Assembly: GCA_017618175.1 (NCBI GenBank)
Contig: JAFZUT010000020.1
Coordinates: forward strand, 5,728-69,727
Origin: Alphaproteobacteria bacterium
GTDB taxonomy: Bacteria > Pseudomonadota > Alphaproteobacteria > Rs-D84
Length of the DNA: 64,000 bases
Reading direction: 5' to 3'
Positions 1-8,174 of the stretch are shown in pieces (positions within the stretch are counted from its first letter, which is position 1; the number at the start of each line of letters is the position of its first letter). The position numbers and the translations under genes are program-made. The notes under the pieces were generated by a model. That model worked only from the letters and a program-made list of their open reading frames with translations. It did no database searches and was not told the origin of the DNA.

Positions 1-1057
1 TGCGAATCGGTTCAATATAAATCGCGACAACCACACCCAACGCAGTCCCAAATACTGCACCAATAACACCGATACTGGTCCCAGACAAAATAAATATCTT
101 CATCATCGAACGCCGCGACACACCGAACGTGCGCAATACAGCAATATCTTTGGATTTATCCTTGACCAACATAACCAACGAAGACACGATATTAAAGGCC
201 GCCACAATCACAATCAACATCAAAATCAAAAACATAACATTGGTTTCAACCTGAAGCGCACCAACAAATCCGCGATTCAAATCGCGCCAATCGCGCACCA
301 CATAACCATCCGGTAATTCCGCAATCAACGCCTCGCGAACGGCGGTTGTATCTTCGGGGTCTTTCAAGAACAAATCAATATGCGTCACCGCATCCCCAAG
401 GTTCAAGTATTTTTGGGCCGTTTCCAATGGCATAAATATATAACCCGAATCGTATTCATACATTCCCATAAAGAATGAAGTCATAACCGGGTAAGACATG
501 ATACGCGGCATGGTTCCAAACGCGGTCGGTGTTGCACCATTTGCCGATACCAAAGACACCGTGTCACCCATATGTACATTCAAATTGCGTGTAAGTGATG
601 CACCCGCAACCAATTCCCCGTCACGAATTTGATTTAATGCCTTGCCATACATACGCGTGCCGGTCACCGTTTTCGCCGCCAAATCAGTCATTCGAATCCC
701 GCGCACCATCGCACCGGTATTATTCCCATCATGTGTCACCATAACCTGGCCTTCGGCGATTGGAACAATAGAAGATACCGCACGTGCAACCGTTTTACTG
801 TCCCGCATTTTATCAATCAAAAAATCATAATCTGCGATTGCACCATCTTGGTGATAAACAACGACATGGCCGTTCATCCCGACAATTCGCGACAACAACG
901 TATCATGAAAACCGCCCATAACAGACATAACCACAATCAGCGTTGCAACGCCCAACATTATCCCAATCAGTGATACCCACGACACCACAGAACCAAACCC
1001 ACGCCGCCGCGCGCCCAGGTACCGAAATGCAATTTTTCTTTCTAACTTTGTGAACAT
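1..1057 (-). CDS. lolC: Lipoprotein-release ABC transporter permease, LolC/LolE (FtsX) family; C-terminus lies beyond the window start
   Basis: Minus-strand translation from the ATG at 1055-1057 gives MFTKLERKIAFRYLGARRRGFGSVVSWVSLIGIMLGVATLIVVMSVMGGFHDTLL..., with a second membrane segment near the window edge (LILMLIVIVAAFNIVSSLVMLVKDK). This is the usual LolCE/MacB-type N-terminus and periplasmic-domain layout. It is absent from the ORF track because it runs off the window. Confidence 0.8.
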   Translation of the reverse strand, partial: MFTKLERKIAFRYLGARRRGFGSVVSWVSLIGIMLGVATLIVVMSVMGGFHDTLLSRIVGMNGHVVVYHQDGAIADYDFLIDKMRDSKTVARAVSSIVPIAEGQVMVTHDGNNTGAMVRGIRMTDLAAKTVTGTRMYGKALNQIRDGELVAGASLTRNLNVHMGDTVSLVSANGATPTAFGTMPRIMSYPVMTSFFMGMYEYDSGYIFMPLETAQKYLNLGDAVTHIDLFLKDPEDTTAVREALIAELPDGYVVRDWRDLNRGFVGALQVETNVMFLILMLIVIVAAFNIVSSLVMLVKDKSKDIAVLRTFGVSRRSMMKIFILSGTSIGVIGAVFGTALGVVVAIYIEPIR

Positions 1058-1083
1058 AATGTTCCCTATTCTATCATTCAATT

Positions 1084-2409
1084 TTAATCACGCAAGAAAT
1101 TCCGTAACGCATCACCCACCAATTGCGGTTCATCCGGGATATCCGCCGGATTCACAATTGAAACAATGCGTGGTGACATAAACACAACCAGTTCTGCAAA
1201 CGGACTTATCAATGTTTCCGGTGTCGTCACAAACGAATGCGTTGGAATACCAATGATGACATAGTTATCACCGATGCTGGACGGTATGGTGAACGAAGAT
1301 AATTCGCCCTTGCCGGTCCGCAGGACAATTTTCGCATCAATTTTTTGACGACCCGCAAAATCCCCATATTTAGCAGTCGCCCCAACAATCAAATCCGTCT
1401 CTATACGGTCTTCCTTGCTGCATTGGCCAATATCAAAACGCGATTGCCAACCATCCGGCACAACAAAATGGCCCTGGGATATAAGGACAACATTGGCCTG
1501 GCGCGATAAAAATTCTTGCAAAGTTTTTGTGTTCACTTCTGGCCCAACAACCAACGCACGCCCAACGACACCCGGCACAGACATTTTGATATTTTTTTCA
1601 CCAAACGCCGGCAACATATTCATCCAAACAATCGGGTTATCGGTGCGCGGATAAACACGATACACATCCATATCCCACGCCAACACATATTTTTTAGACG
1701 CAATATCCGCGATTATACGCGCAACCTCGCGCTCGGTTTGGTAATTTCCTTCGAACACAACGGTTTTATCGGCCCAATCTACAATAAGGTTTCTTACATC
1801 CGCGCCGTGCATTGCATCCAACAACGCCATAATTATATCTTGTTCCGCCGGCATTTTTATCAACCATTTGGCCCGATTCGAAAGTTTAATTTCACCACCT
1901 GCGGCATCATACGAATAATACATACGTCCAAGTCTTGCAATCAAATCAACCGTATCCGCCAAGTTCCCCGATGCAACCGACCCCGATACTTTTTCATATC
2001 CCGGTTCTTCTTCTACAACGGCGATATCAACACCCTCTAACAATTTATTCAATGCGTTTGCAACAGTCTGTTTTCTAAAATCATAATCCGACACATTTAA
2101 TTCCGGTAAATCGTCACCCCGGTCAAGTCGCACCATTTCAATCTTTTCATCCGGTACAACGGACACCACCGATTGATTATCCCAATTCACTGTGCATCGG
2201 CGTGGCAACTCAATCGAAAACCGCCGCGCAGTATCGGTCGTCAACGCCGCCTTTTTTGGGAAAATTGGCACAGAATTATCATCTATGACCAAATTATCAA
2301 TAACCTGGACTGTGTCATAATATACTTTTTCGTCACGCGCATCATCGCGCATACACGCCCCCAACAAAATACACACAGACATTAAAACAAAATTCGTAAT
2401 TCTTTTCAT
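1084..2409 (-). CDS. Secretin-family outer-membrane lipoprotein (type IVb pilus / T2SS secretin-like, PilN/BfpB/TcpC style)
   Basis: 441 aa with a lipoprotein signal (MKRITNFVLMSVCILLGAC). The C-terminus resembles the secretin signature (..NYVIIGIPTHSFVTTPETLISPFAELVVFMSPRIV, compare GDIPxLGxLF...ELLVFITPRIV). The family assignment is from motif memory only. Confidence 0.45.
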   Translation of the reverse strand: MKRITNFVLMSVCILLGACMRDDARDEKVYYDTVQVIDNLVIDDNSVPIFPKKAALTTDTARRFSIELPRRCTVNWDNQSVVSVVPDEKIEMVRLDRGDDLPELNVSDYDFRKQTVANALNKLLEGVDIAVVEEEPGYEKVSGSVASGNLADTVDLIARLGRMYYSYDAAGGEIKLSNRAKWLIKMPAEQDIIMALLDAMHGADVRNLIVDWADKTVVFEGNYQTEREVARIIADIASKKYVLAWDMDVYRVYPRTDNPIVWMNMLPAFGEKNIKMSVPGVVGRALVVGPEVNTKTLQEFLSRQANVVLISQGHFVVPDGWQSRFDIGQCSKEDRIETDLIVGATAKYGDFAGRQKIDAKIVLRTGKGELSSFTIPSSIGDNYVIIGIPTHSFVTTPETLISPFAELVVFMSPRIVSIVNPADIPDEPQLVGDALRNFLRD

Positions 2410-2423
2410 TTGCCTACCCCGGG

Positions 2424-2795
2424 TTATATGTTCATCACCTTTTCAAATTCTTCCAACGTCATTTCATATATCGGTTTTTCCGAAGGTGTCGTCAAATCGC
2501 GCACATGTTCGAACTGGGCACGAAAACGTTCCAACACCGCAGCAACATCCGGCGACACATTCTTAGATGATTTTACCAAACGTTCACCATATTCTACAAC
2601 AAATTCTAACACGTCCGCCGCAAAAAAACGTCCAACATAATTTTCAATTGGAATTCCGCCCTTATTAACGCAGATTGCAGACATAGTTTTTGCAGTTTGA
2701 TTATAAAAATTTGCCAATTTAATAAAATTTTGAACTGTTATCGCCATCTTTTCCCCCGATACATTTTTATACATTATAAAAACTATTGCCACCAA
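2424..2795 (-). CDS. hypothetical protein (start may be the internal Met MAITVQNF)
   Basis: 123-aa ORF with no recognised motifs, in the gap between the secretin-like gene and a divergent lipoprotein gene. Confidence 0.3.
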   Translation of the reverse strand: MVAIVFIMYKNVSGEKMAITVQNFIKLANFYNQTAKTMSAICVNKGGIPIENYVGRFFAADVLEFVVEYGERLVKSSKNVSPDVAAVLERFRAQFEHVRDLTTPSEKPIYEMTLEEFEKVMNI

Positions 2796-2821
2796 AACGC
2801 AATTAAATTATAATAGGAAAT

Positions 2822-3211
2822 ATGAGAATGTTAAAAATATTTTTATTTGTCGGTTTATTCGGCCTGACCGCGTGTACATCCCCCAATGGGGGCAGTATTG
2901 ATGACGCAACAATTTTGAATTGGGAAAATGAATCTGTGACGACCGAACAATTTGTTCGCGACCACAGGGCATGCCTTGGGATAACACAACCGTCGTATAT
3001 GCCACGGTCGCGCCTTGCAAAACTGCTTTCACCGAATCAGAGTACGCGTATGCCTGATTGGGACGGCCTTTGGGTGACATTTCAATCAAATGAATACAAA
3101 GATGTCGGCCAACGCGCCTTGTTGTCGGTGCCACGCAACACAACATCTAAATCTGTGGGTTCGTATCGCCGGTGTATGTTTCGCCGCGGATATTTGTTGC
3201 GTGCAATGTAA
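2822..3211 (+). CDS. putative lipoprotein
   Basis: ATG start with a signal peptide and lipobox (MRMLKIFLFVGLFGLTAC), 129 aa. Confidence 0.4.
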   Translation: MRMLKIFLFVGLFGLTACTSPNGGSIDDATILNWENESVTTEQFVRDHRACLGITQPSYMPRSRLAKLLSPNQSTRMPDWDGLWVTFQSNEYKDVGQRALLSVPRNTTSKSVGSYRRCMFRRGYLLRAM

Positions 3212-3265
3212 TTTTTTTGCGCCCGCACTTTTACATTTAATATAAAGTATGCTATAATACGCCAT

Positions 3266-3946
3266 ATGAAACGTAACCTTTGGTTTTGGCTTTATTTTAT
3301 TGCCGCCATTTTGTTGGCGATATACTTTGCAACCCGCATAATTATGACATTTATGGGATACGGGCCGATATCCACGGTTCGCAACATATCTATATCGGCG
3401 GACACGAAAAATAAAGATTTAACCCAAATGGTTGCCGCAACCGGCGTATCACCCGGAACACACGCATATTCTGTGAACTTGGAATTGATAAATGAAAGAT
3501 TATTAAACACCCCCGGGGTCCGCGAATCGGCGGTGCGCCGTATGCCGAATGGTAATTTATCAGTACGTGTTCACCTGTATCGTGCGGTTGCCGGTTGGAC
3601 GGATGGCACATATTATTATCCTTTGTCGGCGGATGGAACCGTGGTCAACAGTCCATCGGAAGAACAAAAACCCGGTGTGGTTATGTTTCGTGGGCCGGTT
3701 CCAAACGATATATCTGATATAACCAAGGCCGCAACAAACCTTATCGGTGAATTGGATTATATGGAATGGATTGACGACCGGCGTTGGAATATTGTGACAA
3801 CCGGGGGCATTACGGTTATGTTACCGGAAAATGACCCGGTGGCGGCAATTGCTTCGCTGGTTGTTTTGGACAAAAAGCATAATATCTTATCTAAAAATCT
3901 TAAAACAATCGATATGCGCGATAGCGCCAGGATTTTGGTCAAATAA
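3266..3946 (+). CDS. ftsQ: Cell division protein FtsQ (POTRA-domain bitopic protein)
   Basis: N-terminal TM (WFWLYFIAAILLAIYFATRII), then a periplasmic domain. It sits immediately upstream of ftsA (TAA-ATG junction). A TATAAT is present at 3253-3258. Confidence 0.7.
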   Translation: MKRNLWFWLYFIAAILLAIYFATRIIMTFMGYGPISTVRNISISADTKNKDLTQMVAATGVSPGTHAYSVNLELINERLLNTPGVRESAVRRMPNGNLSVRVHLYRAVAGWTDGTYYYPLSADGTVVNSPSEEQKPGVVMFRGPVPNDISDITKAATNLIGELDYMEWIDDRRWNIVTTGGITVMLPENDPVAAIASLVVLDKKHNILSKNLKTIDMRDSARILVK

Positions 3947-5734
3947 ATGAATATGTTGGATTCATCTTTTCTGTGTTTGGACATTGGGTCATGCGGTGTC
4001 CGCGGCATGGCATATCGCATTCGTAATGCAGAAATAGACAAAAGCGCATATTATTCCATAGATGATTTTGATACGGTGTTTGCATTAAAATCTGTGATTG
4101 ATGAATTAGAACGTCAAATTGGCACACACTTTGGTTCGGCATACATAACGGGGAACTTTGGACCATCTTATTTCAAGATGACCGCCAAAAACACAACTTG
4201 GCCAAACGACCATAAAATAACCGCGGCCGACATAAAATCTCAAATTGCCGAAATTGATGCGCCTGATGGATTTTATCCAATGCATATAATTCCATTGCGA
4301 TATGATACACCAAAAATCCGTAATATGTTATCGCCAATTGGGCACAGTGACCGACAATTAGTATCCGCGTTTTCCGCATTATTTTTTGACAATGAATATA
4401 TGCAAAAAATACAAACACTTTTGCGCCACGCCCATATTCAATCAACCGCGTTCTATACGCCGCATTTCTTGGGAAATTCCGTTTATCGTGAAAAAAAACA
4501 AACAATTATGTTTATCGATTTCGGTGCAGAAAATACGACCGTGTCCATATGGACCGACCGCGGACCGGTTTGGTATAATGGTCGCGCAATTGCCGGGAAT
4601 GATTTAACAACTGAAATATCAACCCGGCTTGACATACCTTTTGCCGAGGCCGAACGTATTAAACGCGCGGCGGCGGACCTTAAATCAAATGAAATGGCGC
4701 GTTTCAGTCCGGCAGATTCCTCATATGCTTTTTCCTGTGCAGATGTGAACGAAATTGTTGTTCCCTTCTATACCAATTTAATAGAAAGCATAAAAAATGA
4801 TGCAACCGAATATATTGAAAAATATTCACCAACACAAATTATTATCAGTGGTGGTGGTACACGCATAAACGGAATTGACGAATTAATCGCATCCACGTTC
4901 GATATACCATTTATCAAAAAAGATACAGATTGGGCGGTCCGCACATTGGGCGAATATATATGGGCATGCGAATTACCACGCCGGCGCGCATACATTGCAC
5001 GTACCCAGAAAGTACAAAATCGTATAGATAAAATACTGAAAATATTCAAACGCAAAAAGAAACAACGTCAACATCAAATACCAATTTTACCAAGTACTTT
5101 ATGTTTTGATATGACACGCCCAGAAACATATACAATGTTTCAAACCGGCGGAATTTCGGTCATACATGTTGATATTATGGATGGACTTTATGTCAATCAA
5201 ATTGCGGGTGGAATTGATGAATTGCGTCAAATTCGTGCATCTTGGGGTGGACACTTGCATGTTCACCTTATGACCGATGCACCCGCCGAATGGGCCCGCA
5301 GTGCGGTTGATGCCGGCGCAGATACGGTAATTGTTTCAACAAACACCGCCGGCCTGCGCGAAGCGGTACAAATTGTACGCGCGGCACACCGCCGTATTGG
5401 AATCGCACTGAATCCTGAATCACCGGTGTCTTTATTAAAAACAATTTTACGGGAATTAGATGAAGTTATGATTATGGGTGTCGCACCCGGTGCCGCTGGT
5501 CAAGATTTTGACCGCGATGTGCTGCATAAAATAACCGTGTTAGATGCAACACGAAAAAAATATGGATTAAAATTCACAATATCTGTGGACGGTGGCATCA
5601 ACCCGGAAACCGCCCGTTTATGTTGGGCCGCCGGCGCCGATGCATTGGTAAGCGGTTCATACCTTGCATCCGCCCCTGATTTTCCATTGGCGGTTTTATC
5701 ACTGTTGCCGCCCGAAAAAACTAACGCACAATAA
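3947..5734 (+). CDS. ftsA: FtsA (actin-like cell-division ATPase) continuing in-frame into a complete ribulose-phosphate 3-epimerase (Rpe) domain
   Basis: N-terminal ~375 aa carry the FtsA motifs (LCLDIGSCGVRG, FIDFGAENTTVSIW, IIISGGGTRINGIDEL) and a basic amphipathic tail (IDKILKIFKRKKK). From about 5083 the frame encodes Rpe (ILPSTLCFD..ISVIHVDIMDGLYVNQIAGG...ISVDGGINPETA) with no intervening stop. Confidence 0.7.
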   Translation: MNMLDSSFLCLDIGSCGVRGMAYRIRNAEIDKSAYYSIDDFDTVFALKSVIDELERQIGTHFGSAYITGNFGPSYFKMTAKNTTWPNDHKITAADIKSQIAEIDAPDGFYPMHIIPLRYDTPKIRNMLSPIGHSDRQLVSAFSALFFDNEYMQKIQTLLRHAHIQSTAFYTPHFLGNSVYREKKQTIMFIDFGAENTTVSIWTDRGPVWYNGRAIAGNDLTTEISTRLDIPFAEAERIKRAAADLKSNEMARFSPADSSYAFSCADVNEIVVPFYTNLIESIKNDATEYIEKYSPTQIIISGGGTRINGIDELIASTFDIPFIKKDTDWAVRTLGEYIWACELPRRRAYIARTQKVQNRIDKILKIFKRKKKQRQHQIPILPSTLCFDMTRPETYTMFQTGGISVIHVDIMDGLYVNQIAGGIDELRQIRASWGGHLHVHLMTDAPAEWARSAVDAGADTVIVSTNTAGLREAVQIVRAAHRRIGIALNPESPVSLLKTILRELDEVMIMGVAPGAAGQDFDRDVLHKITVLDATRKKYGLKFTISVDGGINPETARLCWAAGADALVSGSYLASAPDFPLAVLSLLPPEKTNAQ

Positions 5735-6131
5735 TTTTGCGTCCATTTTCATATTCATCTATATTAATATGAATCGTGTTTTCTGGCAACATATGTGTCG
5801 CGATATCCGGCCATTCTATTAATGTAATATCATTTTGAATTGCGTAATCCAAACCAATTTCAACCAATTCTGCCGCATCTGCAACGCGGTATAAATCAAA
5901 GTGTGAAATTCTTTTATCACCCGCAACATAGGTTTGCACCAATGTAAATGTTGGACTTGGCACAACGGTATTCGTCCCACACAGTGTTTGAATTATCGTC
6001 CGCGCAATTTCACTTTTACCAACACCCAAATCCCCGTGCAACGCAACGGTTACCGGCGCACGCAAACTTTTTGCAAAATCACGCGCCCAATCACGCGTTT
6101 CATCAATATTTTTCGTTACGAATGTTTTCAT
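5721..6131 (-). CDS. tsaE: tRNA threonylcarbamoyladenosine biosynthesis ATPase TsaE (YjeE)
   Basis: 136 aa with P-loop GDLGVGKSEIAR and a conserved TsaE C-terminal region. Confidence 0.8.
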   Translation of the reverse strand: MKTFVTKNIDETRDWARDFAKSLRAPVTVALHGDLGVGKSEIARTIIQTLCGTNTVVPSPTFTLVQTYVAGDKRISHFDLYRVADAAELVEIGLDYAIQNDITLIEWPDIATHMLPENTIHINIDEYENGRKIIVR

Positions 6132-6134
6132 ATC

Positions 6135-8129
6135 TTACTCCAATACCAACAAATCATCTTCCATCCTGCGAATCGCGTCACGAATTTCTGCGGCGGTTTC
6201 AAAATCCAGATTTTCTGCGGCCGCGTGCATTTTTTTATTCAATGTTTTTATTTCGCGCCGCAATGTTTCTGCATCTTTGATTCCTTCTTTGGTGTACAAG
6301 AATCTTTGTTTTTTATCAACCTTTTCTTGTTTTTCGGTCACTTCATCAAATATTGCCTTGGACACAGTCTTTGGCGTAATTCCGTGTTCAATATTATACG
6401 CCTTTTGTTTTTCACGCCGGCGCGCCGTCTCGGTTAACGCCGCATTCATAGAATCGGTTATCACATCCGCGTATAATATCACACGACCGTTTGCATTTCG
6501 TGCCGCACGACCAATTGTTTGAATAAGCGAACGCGCCGAACGCAAAAAGCCTTCTTTGTCGGCATCCATAATCGCAACCAATTCGCATTCCGGAACATCC
6601 AAACCTTCACGCAACAAATTGATACCAACCAACACATCAAATTTTCCAACACGCAAATCACGCAACAATTCTATACGCTCCAATGTCTCGATATCACTGT
6701 GCAGGTATCGCGCCCGCACACCGTTTTCAACCAAGTAATCTGTCAATTGTTCGGCCATTTTTTTGGTCAATGTTGTGACCAACGCACGCCCAGAAATTGA
6801 TTTTAATTCACCCAGCAAATCATCTACCTGATTCTTGATTGGACGAACAAAACATTCCGGATCCAAAAGACCGGTTGGGCGAATAACCTGTTCGGCAACG
6901 ATTCCACCCGATTGCGCCAATTCCCATTCTGCGGGGGTTGCAGAAACAAAAATTGTTTGCGGACGCATTGAATCCCATTCGTCAAATGTAAGCGGTCGAT
7001 TATCAACACACGAAGGAAGTCGAAAACCATATTGCGCCAATGTTTCTTTGCGCGCCCGGTCCCCGCGTGACATCGCCCCAATTTGCGGCACGGTCACATG
7101 ACTTTCATCAATGAACAATATTGCATCTTTTGGCAAATATTCGAACAGTGTCGGCGGTGGCTGGCCGGGTGCACGGCCCGATAAATATCGTGAATAATTT
7201 TCAATTCCGCGACATGTTCCGGTTGATTCCATCATTTCTATGTCCATATTTACACGTTCGCGCAAACGTTGTTCTTCAACATATTTCATATTTTCGTGAA
7301 AATATGCCAACCGTTCATTAAGGTCGCCACGTATTTGACCAATCGCCTGAACAATTGACGGCATCGGTGTAGCATAGTGTGTATTTGGGTACACCGCGAC
7401 CCGGTCTATTTTGAATAATTTGGCACCGGTCAATGTATCAAATTCCCAAATTTCTTCTATTTCATCACCCCAAAAAGAAATTTTCCATGCGCGGTCTTGG
7501 CTGTGTGACGGGAAAATATCCAACGTGTCACCACGAACACGAAAATCCCCGCGTGATGGTGCAACGTCATTTCTTTTGTATTGAATATTTACCAATTCAC
7601 GAACCATGTCGGCCACCCCAATCATGTCACCCGTGTGCAAAACCAATTTCATTTCTGAATATTGTTCGGGTGTCCCCAACCCGTATATAGAAGAAACCGA
7701 AGAAACAACGACAACATCGCGTTCTTCCAACATTGCACGCGTTGCGCTGTGCCGCATACGGTCCAATTGTTCATTTATAGACGCATCTTTATCAATATAT
7801 GTATCTGTGGTTGGAACATATGCTTCGGGTTGGTAATAATCATAATATGACACAAAATATTCCACATGATTATGCGGAAAAAATGATTTCATTTCTGTGT
7901 ACAATTGTGCCGCCAAAATTTTGTTTGGTGCCATAATCAATGCCGGCCGCCCCAGTTCAGCAATAACATTTGCCATTGTGAATGTTTTCCCAGACCCCGT
8001 CACACCAAGCAAAACCTGAGACTGGCGACCGTCTTTGATGCCTTGAACCAAATCGCAAATGGCGGCCGGTTGGTCGCCCATTGGTTTGTAATTACTTTCA
8101 AGATTAAAAATTTTTTTATTCACATTCAC
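6135..8129 (-). CDS. uvrB: Excinuclease ABC subunit B
   Basis: 664 aa. GVTGSGKTFTMAN Walker A, helicase motifs, and the C-terminal UVR domain (AAENLDFETAAEIRDAIRRMEDDLL). Confidence 0.95.
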   Translation of the reverse strand: MNVNKKIFNLESNYKPMGDQPAAICDLVQGIKDGRQSQVLLGVTGSGKTFTMANVIAELGRPALIMAPNKILAAQLYTEMKSFFPHNHVEYFVSYYDYYQPEAYVPTTDTYIDKDASINEQLDRMRHSATRAMLEERDVVVVSSVSSIYGLGTPEQYSEMKLVLHTGDMIGVADMVRELVNIQYKRNDVAPSRGDFRVRGDTLDIFPSHSQDRAWKISFWGDEIEEIWEFDTLTGAKLFKIDRVAVYPNTHYATPMPSIVQAIGQIRGDLNERLAYFHENMKYVEEQRLRERVNMDIEMMESTGTCRGIENYSRYLSGRAPGQPPPTLFEYLPKDAILFIDESHVTVPQIGAMSRGDRARKETLAQYGFRLPSCVDNRPLTFDEWDSMRPQTIFVSATPAEWELAQSGGIVAEQVIRPTGLLDPECFVRPIKNQVDDLLGELKSISGRALVTTLTKKMAEQLTDYLVENGVRARYLHSDIETLERIELLRDLRVGKFDVLVGINLLREGLDVPECELVAIMDADKEGFLRSARSLIQTIGRAARNANGRVILYADVITDSMNAALTETARRREKQKAYNIEHGITPKTVSKAIFDEVTEKQEKVDKKQRFLYTKEGIKDAETLRREIKTLNKKMHAAAENLDFETAAEIRDAIRRMEDDLLVLE

Positions 8130-8174
8130 CAGTATAATTCATTATAATAGAAAAACAAGAGGGGGAAAAATAAT

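Noticed and set aside
642-973. Plus-strand ORFs 642-830 and 731-973
   Set aside because: They are antisense to the well-supported lolC-like permease gene and run over the window edge.
1415-2040. Plus-strand ORFs (79 and 174 aa) inside the secretin-like gene
   Set aside because: They are antisense frames, His/Arg/Asn-rich, with no support.
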